Positions 53,360 through 64,000 of a stretch of DNA of 64,000 nucleotides are shown here, one piece after another; positions within the stretch are counted from its first letter, which is position 1; each line of letters begins with the position of its first letter. The stretch lies in assembly GCA_964428495.1 (NCBI GenBank), contig CAYRXY010000002.1:87512-151511 (forward strand). Direction: 5' to 3'. Source of the stretch: an uncultured archaeon. Lineage in GTDB: Archaea > Aenigmatarchaeota > Aenigmatarchaeia > GW2011-AR5 > JAHLMP01. The notes under the pieces are model-generated. The model ran no database searches. It was given only the letters and a program-made list of their open reading frames with translations, and had not been told where the DNA came from. The position numbers were made by a program, and so were the translations under genes.

Positions 53360-54172
53360 ATGAACACAAAAGAGTATTTGGAGAATGTTGTTAAGAAAGT
53401 CTATAAAGAGATGGATAAGAACTGTCTCTATTTTCCAATAATACAATCAGAAGTATATACCGAACTCGCTCTTGAAGGTAAAAGCATCGTGGAGAGTAGG
53501 GAACTTTTTGACGAGAAACTGCTCTATGAAATTTTAAAAAAGATGTCGAGAAAATACCCAATTAAACTTTTTTCCGAGATATTGAGCAAAAACGAAAAAA
53601 TCACAATTTCTCCAATAATAGAAAAAAAGATAAGATATAAAGAGTCTCTGGGAATGGCATTAGAAGATTTGGAGATTCTTGACAACATCGAAGAAGAAAT
53701 AAAGATAGATCCACTCTGTTTCTCATGCGAAAGAGGTTATATCTTCGTTATTAAAAACTGGGGGAAAAATCCGGTTGTGATAAAATCATATCAAAGCGAG
53801 AATGAAGCAGAAATATCGAAAATTACCGACAAGATCGGTGTCGGACCACATATATACAGGACAGGAAAGGTTTGGATGATAGAAGAATTTGTTGATGGAA
53901 AATGTATAGCTTACTGCGACGAAGATGTCATTGGTAAGGCCCTCGGACAGATCTTTGGAAAGTTACATAGAGAAGGGATTCTGTACAACGACGGTCCGAT
54001 AAGACATACAATATTGAATAATGAAAGAACCAAACTCATAGATTATGGTATATCGACCTTTGGGACGAATTTTGATAAGGACATAAAACATATACTCGAT
54101 TACTTTCATATAGAAGATCTCAGAGATGCTAAGAAAGAATTCATAAAATCATACAAAAATAGTTTTTCTTAG
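53360..54172 (+). CDS. atypical protein-kinase-like (Bud32/RIO-like) protein with an N-terminal extension
   Basis: PVVIKSY (VxK), ENEAEISK (helix C Glu), MIEEFVDG (hinge) and LHREGILYNDGPIRHTIL...KLIDYGIS (catalytic-loop and DFG-like). The catalytic loop is non-canonical. Confidence 0.45.
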   Translation: MNTKEYLENVVKKVYKEMDKNCLYFPIIQSEVYTELALEGKSIVESRELFDEKLLYEILKKMSRKYPIKLFSEILSKNEKITISPIIEKKIRYKESLGMALEDLEILDNIEEEIKIDPLCFSCERGYIFVIKNWGKNPVVIKSYQSENEAEISKITDKIGVGPHIYRTGKVWMIEEFVDGKCIAYCDEDVIGKALGQIFGKLHREGILYNDGPIRHTILNNERTKLIDYGISTFGTNFDKDIKHILDYFHIEDLRDAKKEFIKSYKNSFS

Positions 54173-54173
54173 C

Positions 54174-56808
<2,635 letters not shown>

Positions 56809-56852
56809 TTAGGGTTATCGTTCCCCCTAATTAGGGTTATTATTAACCCTAA
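56809..56852. promoter_or_regulatory. array of four alternating TTAGGG(TTA) half-sites (nested palindromes); candidate operator
   Basis: TTAGGGTTA at 56809-56817, CCCTAA at 56825-56830, TTAGGGTTA at 56831-56839 and TAACCCTAA at 56844-56852. CCCTAATTAGGG and TTAGGGTTA-N4-TAACCCTAA are both perfect palindromes. Confidence 0.6.
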
Positions 56853-56934
56853 AAGTATTTAAAGGTTTCGGTGTACTTTCCAGTTTGTCATGAGACTACT
56901 TAACTTATAAAATTCCGTCTAAACATCAAAAATT

Positions 56935-57618
56935 ATGCAGCGACTTTCCACTAAATCCCCTTTAGACAAGATTCTAGATGGAGGTATCGAGCACGCAGCC
57001 GTAACGAACGTTTATGGAGAGGCTGGTTCTGGAAAATCAAACCTTGCGCTACTATGCACCATTTCAGTGATAGAACAAGGGAAGAAAGTGATATTTATCG
57101 ACACTGAGGGTGGTTTCTCCTTTGATCGATTTGATCAACTCACAAATGGAAGGTCTCATGAGTACTTGAGTAAGGTTATCCTTCTGGAACCGAAAAATTG
57201 GGAGGAACAATGCAAGCGAATAGATGAATTAGAAAAGCTCGTAACGAATGATGTTGGTCTAATCGTCATCGATTCAATCGTAACATTATACAGACTCGTC
57301 TTGAACGATGAAAACTACCCACAGGTTAATCGTGAATTATCTAGCCAATATGCCAAACTCTCATCTATTGCGCGGGAGAAGAATATACCGGTATTGGTCA
57401 CAAATCAAGTTTATTCAATAAGCGGTAAGTTAGAACTCATCTCTAGAACAATCGGTAAGTATTGGGCAAAGGCACTTATAAAATTAGAAAAATTGGACAG
57501 ACCAAATCATCGCTTAGCGACAATAGTGAAGCACCGTTCAATTCCAGAAGGGAAGAGCATAGAGTTTGAAATAACAAGAAATGGCTTCAAGGAAGTGGGA
57601 AGACTTTCAATCTTTTAG
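56935..57618 (+). CDS. radB: DNA repair and recombination protein RadB
   Basis: Walker A YGEAGSGKSN, IFIDTEGGFS and Walker B LIVIDS. The 227-aa size (no N-terminal HhH domain) favours RadB over RadA. Confidence 0.8.
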   Translation: MQRLSTKSPLDKILDGGIEHAAVTNVYGEAGSGKSNLALLCTISVIEQGKKVIFIDTEGGFSFDRFDQLTNGRSHEYLSKVILLEPKNWEEQCKRIDELEKLVTNDVGLIVIDSIVTLYRLVLNDENYPQVNRELSSQYAKLSSIAREKNIPVLVTNQVYSISGKLELISRTIGKYWAKALIKLEKLDRPNHRLATIVKHRSIPEGKSIEFEITRNGFKEVGRLSIF

Positions 57619-57662
57619 AACACTTGGAATCTTTAAATATTTTCCTATTATAGTTGTTTAAC

Positions 57663-58046
57663 ATGGCAAAGTTTATGTACAGGGGTAAGACCCTGGAAGA
57701 ATTACAGAATATGAACATCAATGAGTTTATGGAGTTAGTCCCAGCTAGGGAAAGAAGAAGCTTAAAAAGAGGACTAACAGAAAGACAAAAGAAATTACTC
57801 GAAAAAATCAGAAAGTATAAGGATAAAAAGCCTATTAAGACTCACGATCGTGACATGATAATCTTACCTGAAATGGTTGGAGCTAAGATTAGTATTCATA
57901 GTGGAAAAGAGTTTGTTATAGTTGAAATAAAGCCGGAAATGATCGGTCATAGATTGGGTGAATTTGCACTGACTCGAAAGAGGGTTCAACACTCTTCACC
58001 TGGTTTTGGTGCAACCCGAAGCTCTAAATTCGTACCAATTAAGTGA
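57663..58046 (+). CDS. rps19: 30S ribosomal protein S19 (uS19)
   Basis: [31 protein letters not shown]. Start at ATG 57663. Confidence 0.9.
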   Translation: MAKFMYRGKTLEELQNMNINEFMELVPARERRSLKRGLTERQKKLLEKIRKYKDKKPIKTHDRDMIILPEMVGAKISIHSGKEFVIVEIKPEMIGHRLGEFALTRKRVQHSSPGFGATRSSKFVPIK

Positions 58047-58051
58047 TTCCT

Positions 58052-58483
58052 ATGCCATATACATTTAAGCCAAAAAAACCCCACGCAAAAGCTTGGACCT
58101 GGTTAAATACATCTCTAAAGGATGCTAAGGTTATTTGTAAAGTCATAAGAAAGAAAAAACTTTCTCAGATAAAGAGACTTTTAAATGATTTAATCTCCAA
58201 GAAGAGAAGCCTCGATGGGAGATACTACACAAAGACTGTAAAGGGAATTAAAAAGCTTCTAGAAAGTTGTGAAAAAAATGCAGAAAACCTTGGCTTGGAT
58301 AAAGATAACCTCTTTGTTTACGCATCTGCTCACAAAGGTCCAAGTATATGGAGATCTAGGAGAAAAGCGGATTTTGGAAATACACTAAAATCAACGAACG
58401 TTGAAATAATCCTTGTTGAGAAAGGTAAAGGTACCAAAAACAAAGTAACTAAGAAGGTTGAGAAGAAGAAAGCTGAGAAGTAA
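58052..58483 (+). CDS. rpl22: 50S ribosomal protein L22 (uL22)
   Basis: Follows rps19. AKAWTWLNTSLKDAKVICKVIRKKKL...VYASAHKGPSIWR. Lys-rich tail. Confidence 0.8.
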   Translation: MPYTFKPKKPHAKAWTWLNTSLKDAKVICKVIRKKKLSQIKRLLNDLISKKRSLDGRYYTKTVKGIKKLLESCEKNAENLGLDKDNLFVYASAHKGPSIWRSRRKADFGNTLKSTNVEIILVEKGKGTKNKVTKKVEKKKAEK

Positions 58484-59144
58484 ATTTCTTCTGATTTATG
58501 AAAATTTCTCCAAACTCCTCTGGTTGTTCACAAGACACATAACCTTCATTGGATAAGTGCAATAGAGGTACAAACTTTCTAGTTATATTTTCTCTCGTCC
58601 ACTCACCAACGAGCTGCGAGAACGTTTCTATGTTTTTGGTCTCTATTTCCATTAAAATTTTCTCCATTCTCTTCCTTATATCTTCTGTCTCTTCAGTCAG
58701 GAGAACTTCAACTGCCTTTCTGACAGCAAGCTTCTTAACACGCTTCCTTTCTTCAAAATCCATGACCTTCTTCAGTGCTGTCACCAGCTCGGTGACAGTA
58801 ATTTTTTTCTTAGGTCTTCTGATAATTGGCATTTCCAGCAACGGAACATTTGGATTTATATCTGGAACCTTCTCCTCTTTCTGTTTTGGTTCCGCCCTCG
58901 TAAATTCACACTTCATTCTCAAAAGAATTGCGGCAACCAAAATAAAGCGAGCTGGAATTCTAAAGTCAAATTCCTTCATCGTTCTAAGGTACTTGAAAAA
59001 AGCATCAACAAGTTTAACTATATCGATATCCCACGGATCTAATTTTTCCTCTTCAATTATTTTCATTATGACTTCTTCCCAATCGCTACTAAGTACAATT
59101 GTCTTAACGATCTCCTGTTCGTTAAATTCACTCATTTCTTTCAC
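58449..59144 (-). CDS. scpA: segregation and condensation protein A (kleisin ScpA)
   Basis: EEKLDPWDIDIVKLVDAFFKYL is the ScpA N-terminal signature. It overlaps the smc stop region by 17 nt. Confidence 0.75.
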   Translation of the reverse strand: MKEMSEFNEQEIVKTIVLSSDWEEVIMKIIEEEKLDPWDIDIVKLVDAFFKYLRTMKEFDFRIPARFILVAAILLRMKCEFTRAEPKQKEEKVPDINPNVPLLEMPIIRRPKKKITVTELVTALKKVMDFEERKRVKKLAVRKAVEVLLTEETEDIRKRMEKILMEIETKNIETFSQLVGEWTRENITRKFVPLLHLSNEGYVSCEQPEEFGEIFINQKKFTSQLSSSQPS

Positions 59145-61518
59145 CGGGCATCTTTATAGAAAAGACCTTTGAAACTCCATCTTCCATCGTCACTCCGTAG
59201 ACGTTATCTGCCTCTTTTATTGTAATATCATTATGAGAAACGACTATGAACTGTGTATATTTAGAATATTTCTTTATGAATTCAACAATTTTTTTAGTGT
59301 TAACTTTATCAAGTGCTGCTTCAACTTCATCTAAAATATAGAATGGTGCAGATTGATATTTTTGTATTGCAAATAGAAATGCTAATGCTGTGAGAGATTT
59401 TTCTCCACCTGACATAGAGTCTATATTTACAATTTTCTTACCCTTAGCTGTTGCTTCTATTAAAAGGCCGGATTCAATATTTCCCTCTTCTTCCAAACGA
59501 AGTTTTGCTTCACCTCCCATTAGATCACGAAATACCTCAGCAAAATTTTTAGAAATCTCCTCTAACGTTTTCATAAATTTATCATATCTTTTTTCTTCTA
59601 TTTCTCTTATTGAATCGATAACTGCATCTCTCTCTTTCTTTAGCCTTTCCAGCTTATCCCTTAGTATTTTGTATTCCACCTCTACTCTTTTGTAGTCATC
59701 TTCTGCCCTCATATTGATTGGCCCTAATCTCTCTAGTTCTGTACTGAGTTCTTTCAACTTCTTTCTTAATTCCTCTTTGCTTCCTTGATATGTTGGTTTG
59801 GCACCGATTGTTTTAAGTTCAAGCTTAAGATTTTCGATTTCTGCATCCAGCTTTGCTTTCTTTACTTTAAGTTCTCCAATTTTACTTTGCAATCTAAACC
59901 TTTCGTTCTGAGTTTTTCCAACTTCAGATCTTATCTTATCAATTTTTTTCTCGATCTCATCTCTTCCCTTCTTCAGATCCTTAAGTTTTTCTTCTTCTTC
60001 TTTCTCTTCTTCTTTAAGTTTCTCTATTTCTTTTTGAAATTCTTCTATTTCCTTTTGAAGCTTTTCATTCTCCTTCTTGATAGAGAACTCAAAGCTCTTC
60101 TTTTCATAATATCCACCAATTATTGCACCACTGCTCTCCAGTATTTCCCCTTCTAAGGTCACGATTCTTGAATCCTTACTGACATCGAGAGACTTTGCAA
60201 CTTTCAAGTCCTTAGTTATTATATTACCTACGAGAGCATATTCAACTGCAGGTCTAACCTTATTATCAAACTTTACAAGATCCAACGCATAACCAATTGC
60301 GTTTTCTATGTTCTTCGATTTGACCTTACGAGGTTTCAAAGAATCCAACGGCAAAAACCTTGCACGTCCAAGTTTATTCTCTTTCAAGTATTTTATACAA
60401 TTTATCGCATCTTTTTCTGTTTCAACTATTATGTCATTTGCATGAGAACCAAGTGCAACTTTTATAGCTATTTCATATTTTTCTGGGACCTCTATAACAC
60501 TAGAAACTGTTCCGATAACTCCCGGCATGTTCAAAAGTGAACGTGCAACCTTAGAGTATTGCTGTTGAAGAATTCTATTATTCATTTCTATTTTGTCCTT
60601 CCTTCGAATTATTTCCATGTTAATTTGATCTATCTTTCTGGTTATCTCAAAACTCTTCGATCTTTCAATCATTTCATCATTAATTTTCTTAAATTCATTT
60701 TCTAGATCATCTAATTCTTTTTCTTCGCCCTTATGTTTTTCTTGAAAGTCTTGAAATTTTTTCATTTCTTCTTCAATTCTTTTTTCTATTTCTTCTAAGT
60801 CCTTGTTAAGATCCTCCAACTCAATATTGATCAAAGAAGCTCTTACCTTCTTTATTCCATCATTAAGCTTCTGACTTTTTTCAACACTCTCAATATCCTT
60901 TTTTAATCTCTCAAGTAATCGTTGTTTTTCAACAAATACAATTTCAAGCTCTCTTATGTGCCTTTCAACCTTTTCAAGTTCTATTTCTGCCTTTCTTTTC
61001 TTTTCATCAAATTCAGCAATACCGGATATTTGGTCTATTATCTCTCTTCTCCCTATAGCTGACATCTCGATTATCCTAGTAACATCACCCTGCATGATTA
61101 TGTTATAGCCATGAGGTGAGAGGTTCAAGTTAGAAAGAACATCCAATATCTTTGATCGAGTTACGACCTTTCCGTTGAGTTTAAATATGGAAAGGCCCTT
61201 TTCATTCACCTTTCTCGTAATTTTTATTTCGTCTTCCCCAGGTATTTTGTGATCTTTATTATCTAAATATAATGAAACTTGACAAAATTTTGAAGATTTC
61301 CTTGTTTTAGAGCCATGAAATATTAAATTTTGTAATCGCTCAGCTCTTATCTGTTTTGCAGAAGAAATACCAAGAGTGAACATTATAGCCTCCGTCAAAT
61401 TTGATTTTCCAGAACCGTTTGGGCCCACTATCACATTAAACCCTGATGGAAAATCTATTGCAACTCTATCTGCAAATGATTTAAATCCCTGAAGTACAAG
61501 ACGGTTAATTCTAGTCAT
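59128..61518 (-). CDS. smc: SMC chromosome-segregation ATPase, unusually short (796 aa)
   Basis: Walker A GPNGSGKSN. Hinge-like GVIGTVSSVIEVPEKYEIAIKVALG...GRARFLPLD. Signature MSGGEKSLTALAFLFAI. Walker B FYILDEVEAALD. The coiled-coil arms are only about 165 aa each. Confidence 0.85.
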   Translation of the reverse strand: MTRINRLVLQGFKSFADRVAIDFPSGFNVIVGPNGSGKSNLTEAIMFTLGISSAKQIRAERLQNLIFHGSKTRKSSKFCQVSLYLDNKDHKIPGEDEIKITRKVNEKGLSIFKLNGKVVTRSKILDVLSNLNLSPHGYNIIMQGDVTRIIEMSAIGRREIIDQISGIAEFDEKKRKAEIELEKVERHIRELEIVFVEKQRLLERLKKDIESVEKSQKLNDGIKKVRASLINIELEDLNKDLEEIEKRIEEEMKKFQDFQEKHKGEEKELDDLENEFKKINDEMIERSKSFEITRKIDQINMEIIRRKDKIEMNNRILQQQYSKVARSLLNMPGVIGTVSSVIEVPEKYEIAIKVALGSHANDIIVETEKDAINCIKYLKENKLGRARFLPLDSLKPRKVKSKNIENAIGYALDLVKFDNKVRPAVEYALVGNIITKDLKVAKSLDVSKDSRIVTLEGEILESSGAIIGGYYEKKSFEFSIKKENEKLQKEIEEFQKEIEKLKEEEKEEEEKLKDLKKGRDEIEKKIDKIRSEVGKTQNERFRLQSKIGELKVKKAKLDAEIENLKLELKTIGAKPTYQGSKEELRKKLKELSTELERLGPINMRAEDDYKRVEVEYKILRDKLERLKKERDAVIDSIREIEEKRYDKFMKTLEEISKNFAEVFRDLMGGEAKLRLEEEGNIESGLLIEATAKGKKIVNIDSMSGGEKSLTALAFLFAIQKYQSAPFYILDEVEAALDKVNTKKIVEFIKKYSKYTQFIVVSHNDITIKEADNVYGVTMEDGVSKVFSIKMPGERNE

Positions 61519-61560
61519 GATTATAAAATTAGAATAAGAAAAATAAATAGAAAATGGTAT

Positions 61561-61856
61561 TTACTCTATTATATCAAACAAAATTCCAAGAACTCCACAG
61601 CACTTCTCTTCATTCTCAGTATAGTATTTTCTTATTCTTTGTCCTACAGAAAGTCCAGAATGCCCTGTCATCTATGGGGAATAAACTCAAATAGATCCTT
61701 AAAACTTCTGAATCTAAGAAGACCCTTTACTAAAACGCTAATTTTACTTTTCCATCAATTCTCTCAAAAATTATAATATCATCGACATCAATCTTTCTTC
61801 TTTCCTTCCTTTATCCACTCGAATGGCTCCTCAGAAAGGTGCATATGATGAATCAT
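61561..61856 (-). pseudogene. frame-disrupted ASCH-domain-like gene remnant
   Basis: Own translation gives pieces in three frames: MIHHMHLSEEPFEWIKEGKKKD*; IDVDDIIIFERIDGKVKLAF*; VKGLLRFRSFKDLFEFIPHR*; MTGHSGLSVGQRIRKYYTENEEKCCGVLGILFDIIE*. The order matches a roughly 110-aa ASCH-like beta-barrel protein (recalled pattern). Confidence 0.4.
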
Positions 61857-61894
61857 GGAGAATGATTAATTGAAATCCTCTTAAATAAAAGCAT

Positions 61895-62434
61895 TCATAT
61901 TGGAAGTGATTCTCCTAATCCGTAAACAACTGTATATAATTGTTTCCTTATCGAATAAAATTCTGACTTCTTTATCTTTCTAGGATAACTCGCCAAAAAC
62001 ATAGGAACTGATTCTTTATTCTTTCCATATGATGGTTGGATATAATTAAACTTATTTAGTTTGAACCCTAATTTTTCATAAAAATTTATCCTTTTAATTG
62101 TGATCTTGTTTTCCGGTCTTTCCACTTCTAAGATTATTTTTTGTTTATTTCTCAGTAACTGTGTCATTATTTCTCTTCCAATCCCTTGTCCTCTAAGATC
62201 TTCTCTTACTGCTAGATGTTCGACAAACAAAAAATCATCCAGTTTCCAATATGTTAGAATTCCAACCACAGTATTACCTTTAATCGCCACAAAGAAATTA
62301 TATCTTTTATTTTTCATCACTTCCTTTTGCATTTCTAAGGATCTCCTCTCATCAAACGAAAAAGATGATTCATAAATTTTCCATGCTTTCCTAAACTCCT
62401 GCGAATCTACGTTTTTAATTTTTACGAGTTTCAT
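61895..62434 (-). CDS. GNAT-family N-acetyltransferase
   Basis: Acetyl-CoA binding motif A: LAVREDLRGQGIGREIM. 179 aa. Confidence 0.75.
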   Translation of the reverse strand: MKLVKIKNVDSQEFRKAWKIYESSFSFDERRSLEMQKEVMKNKRYNFFVAIKGNTVVGILTYWKLDDFLFVEHLAVREDLRGQGIGREIMTQLLRNKQKIILEVERPENKITIKRINFYEKLGFKLNKFNYIQPSYGKNKESVPMFLASYPRKIKKSEFYSIRKQLYTVVYGLGESLPI

Positions 62435-62521
62435 AAATTAATTTTAAAGTTTTTTGTAAAAAAGCTACTGGTAAAAGTACAATTCAAGAATGTAGAAGAG
62501 AATGTTGTGGATAGTTTTACA

Positions 62522-63709
62522 TCACTTCAAGAAACTTGCAACATTCTTTAGACCAAACTTCAAGAAAATCCTTGCAAGTTTTAGATAGTTTCCATGAACA
62601 ATTTCGACTAAATTCTCACCCTGCAAAAGCTCTGCAAGGTTATTCAACTGCTCATCATTTAGCTTTTCAACAGCCTCACGGATCTTTTCGACTTTTCGTA
62701 GAGACTCGCCACGCTCTTTCCACCATATTTTGTTATATTCTTCCAGAACCGAAGCAGAGAAGTCATTCTTGTCAAATGCCTTCTTAATTACCTCCGCTGC
62801 TAATCGTCCAGCAGTCATTGCTTCATACATTCCACCACCGTGAATTGGATTAACTTGATGTGCCGCATCTCCAACAACAACAAGACCATTCATTACCATG
62901 TTTTTCAAAAAGCCACCAACAGGTATGGATCCAGCATTAACCTCTATAATACTTCCTTTTTTCAAGTCTGGTCGAGTCTCTATAAACTTGTCTAAGTAAT
63001 ATCTCGCTGTTTTTACATCGTCACCACGGATACCAACACCAACATTCGCTCTACACTCACCCTTTGGAAATATCCAAACATAGCCTCGAGGAGCAACATC
63101 ATTTCCAAAATACAGCTCAATTTTGTGTGGGTCCTGTAAATCTATATTATACATTTCGTACTGAATTCCAGAGTCTACAAGCGTTGGAACACATGCTGTG
63201 TTAAGTCCAGCCTTTCTCGCTACCGTTGACTCGACGCCATCAGCTACAACAACTACTTTCGCTCTTACCTCAAAATCTTCACCAAGAAAGTTCACCTTAA
63301 CGCCTTTTACAAATCCATCTTCTTTCATCACATCAAAAACTTTTGCCTTTGCGAAAATCTTTGCACCTGCATTAGCTGCTTCTCCTGCGAGCCACTTGTC
63401 CGACTGCTTCCTTTCCAAAATATAACCTTCCTGACCTTCTATCACGACTTTCTTTCCGTTAGGAGCATAAACCCAAGCACCGTCCATATGTTGAGCAATA
63501 ACGTATTCAGGAAACTTTATCCCAAGCCGCTTTTCCCCGTTTCGAGAGAATCCTTCACCACATCTCTTCGGTGACCCGATCTCCTGATTTCTATCAAAAA
63601 CAACCACATTCAGACCTTGTTCAGCCAGCTTACGGGCAGCAAAACTACCTGCAGGACCTGCCCCAACAACTATTACATCATAATCATTTTCCGGTTTCAT
63701 CTTCATCAC
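62522..63709 (-). CDS. geranylgeranyl reductase (digeranylgeranylglycerophospholipid reductase family)
   Basis: FAD-binding YDVIVVGAGPAGS, RCGEG and VVGDAAHQVNPIHGGG. Confidence 0.8.
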   Translation of the reverse strand: MMKMKPENDYDVIVVGAGPAGSFAARKLAEQGLNVVVFDRNQEIGSPKRCGEGFSRNGEKRLGIKFPEYVIAQHMDGAWVYAPNGKKVVIEGQEGYILERKQSDKWLAGEAANAGAKIFAKAKVFDVMKEDGFVKGVKVNFLGEDFEVRAKVVVVADGVESTVARKAGLNTACVPTLVDSGIQYEMYNIDLQDPHKIELYFGNDVAPRGYVWIFPKGECRANVGVGIRGDDVKTARYYLDKFIETRPDLKKGSIIEVNAGSIPVGGFLKNMVMNGLVVVGDAAHQVNPIHGGGMYEAMTAGRLAAEVIKKAFDKNDFSASVLEEYNKIWWKERGESLRKVEKIREAVEKLNDEQLNNLAELLQGENLVEIVHGNYLKLARIFLKFGLKNVASFLK

Positions 63710-63884
63710 CCTTTTTCAATGTAATCGCCCCGACTGGGCAGAACTTTACGCAAAAATCACAACCTATGCACTTTTCCTTTATCCAGACTGGGCCTTCCTC
63801 GGACGGCTCTAATGCCAGCTTCGGACAGACCGAGACACAGCCAAAGCACTTTACACATTTTTCACGATCTATAGTAAGTTCCAT
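63684..63884 (-). CDS. 2x[4Fe-4S] ferredoxin
   Basis: CVKCFGCVSVCP and CIGCDFCVKFCP. It overlaps the reductase start by 26 nt. Confidence 0.85.
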   Translation of the reverse strand: MELTIDREKCVKCFGCVSVCPKLALEPSEEGPVWIKEKCIGCDFCVKFCPVGAITLKKGDEDETGK

Positions 63885-63947
63885 AGTATTTCATTACAAT
63901 AGAAGAAATAAAAAGGTTAAATTAAATGAAATTTTTATATTAACTTT

Positions 63948-64000
63948 ATGGTAAAAGAAATTGAGAAATGGTGGGACGAATCGTCTAAATATTTTCAGAA
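63948..64000 (+). CDS. 5' end of an ORF running off the window (function unknown)
   Basis: ATG 63948 gives MVKEIEKWWDESSKYFQ..., open to the window edge. Too short to classify. Confidence 0.25.
   Translation, partial: MVKEIEKWWDESSKYFQ

Noticed and set aside
56809-56852. TTAGGG repeats considered as telomere-like sequence or a chromosome end
   Set aside because: There are only four half-sites, arranged as inverted rather than tandem repeats. They sit in a promoter region inside a contiguous gene-dense chromosome. An operator-type palindrome is the parsimonious reading.
58549-60156. Plus-strand ORFs 58549..59172 (207 aa), 59390..59695 and 59785..60156; the periodic AAG/GAA-rich DNA at about 59960-60080 was also considered as a repeat or CRISPR-like array
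   Set aside because: They are antisense to scpA and smc. The periodicity is the Lys/Glu-rich coiled coil (KLKEEEKEEEEKLKDLKK) and has no repeat-spacer structure.

Overview
This is a compact, AT-rich archaeal chromosomal segment, roughly one-third G+C by eye and about 90% coding. It uses the standard genetic code: TAA, TAG and TGA all terminate recognisable genes.

**Archaeal identity.** It is unambiguous. The window carries aRF1 (NIKS and GGQ motifs), TFS, Spt4, LSm, eL37, eS8, eS24, eS31, Kae1, TsaC, RadB, a Hef helicase, CDC48, FtsZ and SMC-ScpA. It also carries a tight cluster of ether-lipid genes (G1P dehydrogenase, GGGP synthase, DGGGP synthase), with geranylgeranyl reductase plus ferredoxin at the far end.

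**Likely lineage (inference).** Several features suggest a reduced-genome, DPANN-like archaeon:
- shortened housekeeping proteins (SMC 796 aa, aRF1 361 aa)
- scattered ribosomal-protein mini-operons
- glmS split across two overlapping ORFs
- at least three decayed gene remnants (TFB N-terminus, an MFS-like transporter, an ASCH-like gene)
- two abutting intron-bearing tRNA genes

I saw no rRNA, CRISPR array, transposase or integrase.

**Most interesting loci.**
1. A prepilin peptidase, two Cys-rich type IV pilins and a 1211-aa secreted Thr-linker protein. This protein has a gingipain (C25)-like core whose catalytic residues appear substituted. The locus is a candidate attachment module. It is interrupted by an AT-rich dehydrogenase insert flanked by GC-rich debris.
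2. A nested TTAGGGTTA palindrome array in front of a small unknown protein that is translationally coupled to CDC48.
3. A bacterial-type CoaD fused to an HD domain.
4. A fused nucleotidyltransferase/HEPN-like protein with an ATGA-coupled micro-ORF.
5. A tRNA-Val with about 14 extra nucleotides in its D-loop, a likely non-canonical intron.

All family assignments come from motif recognition by eye. No database search was run.
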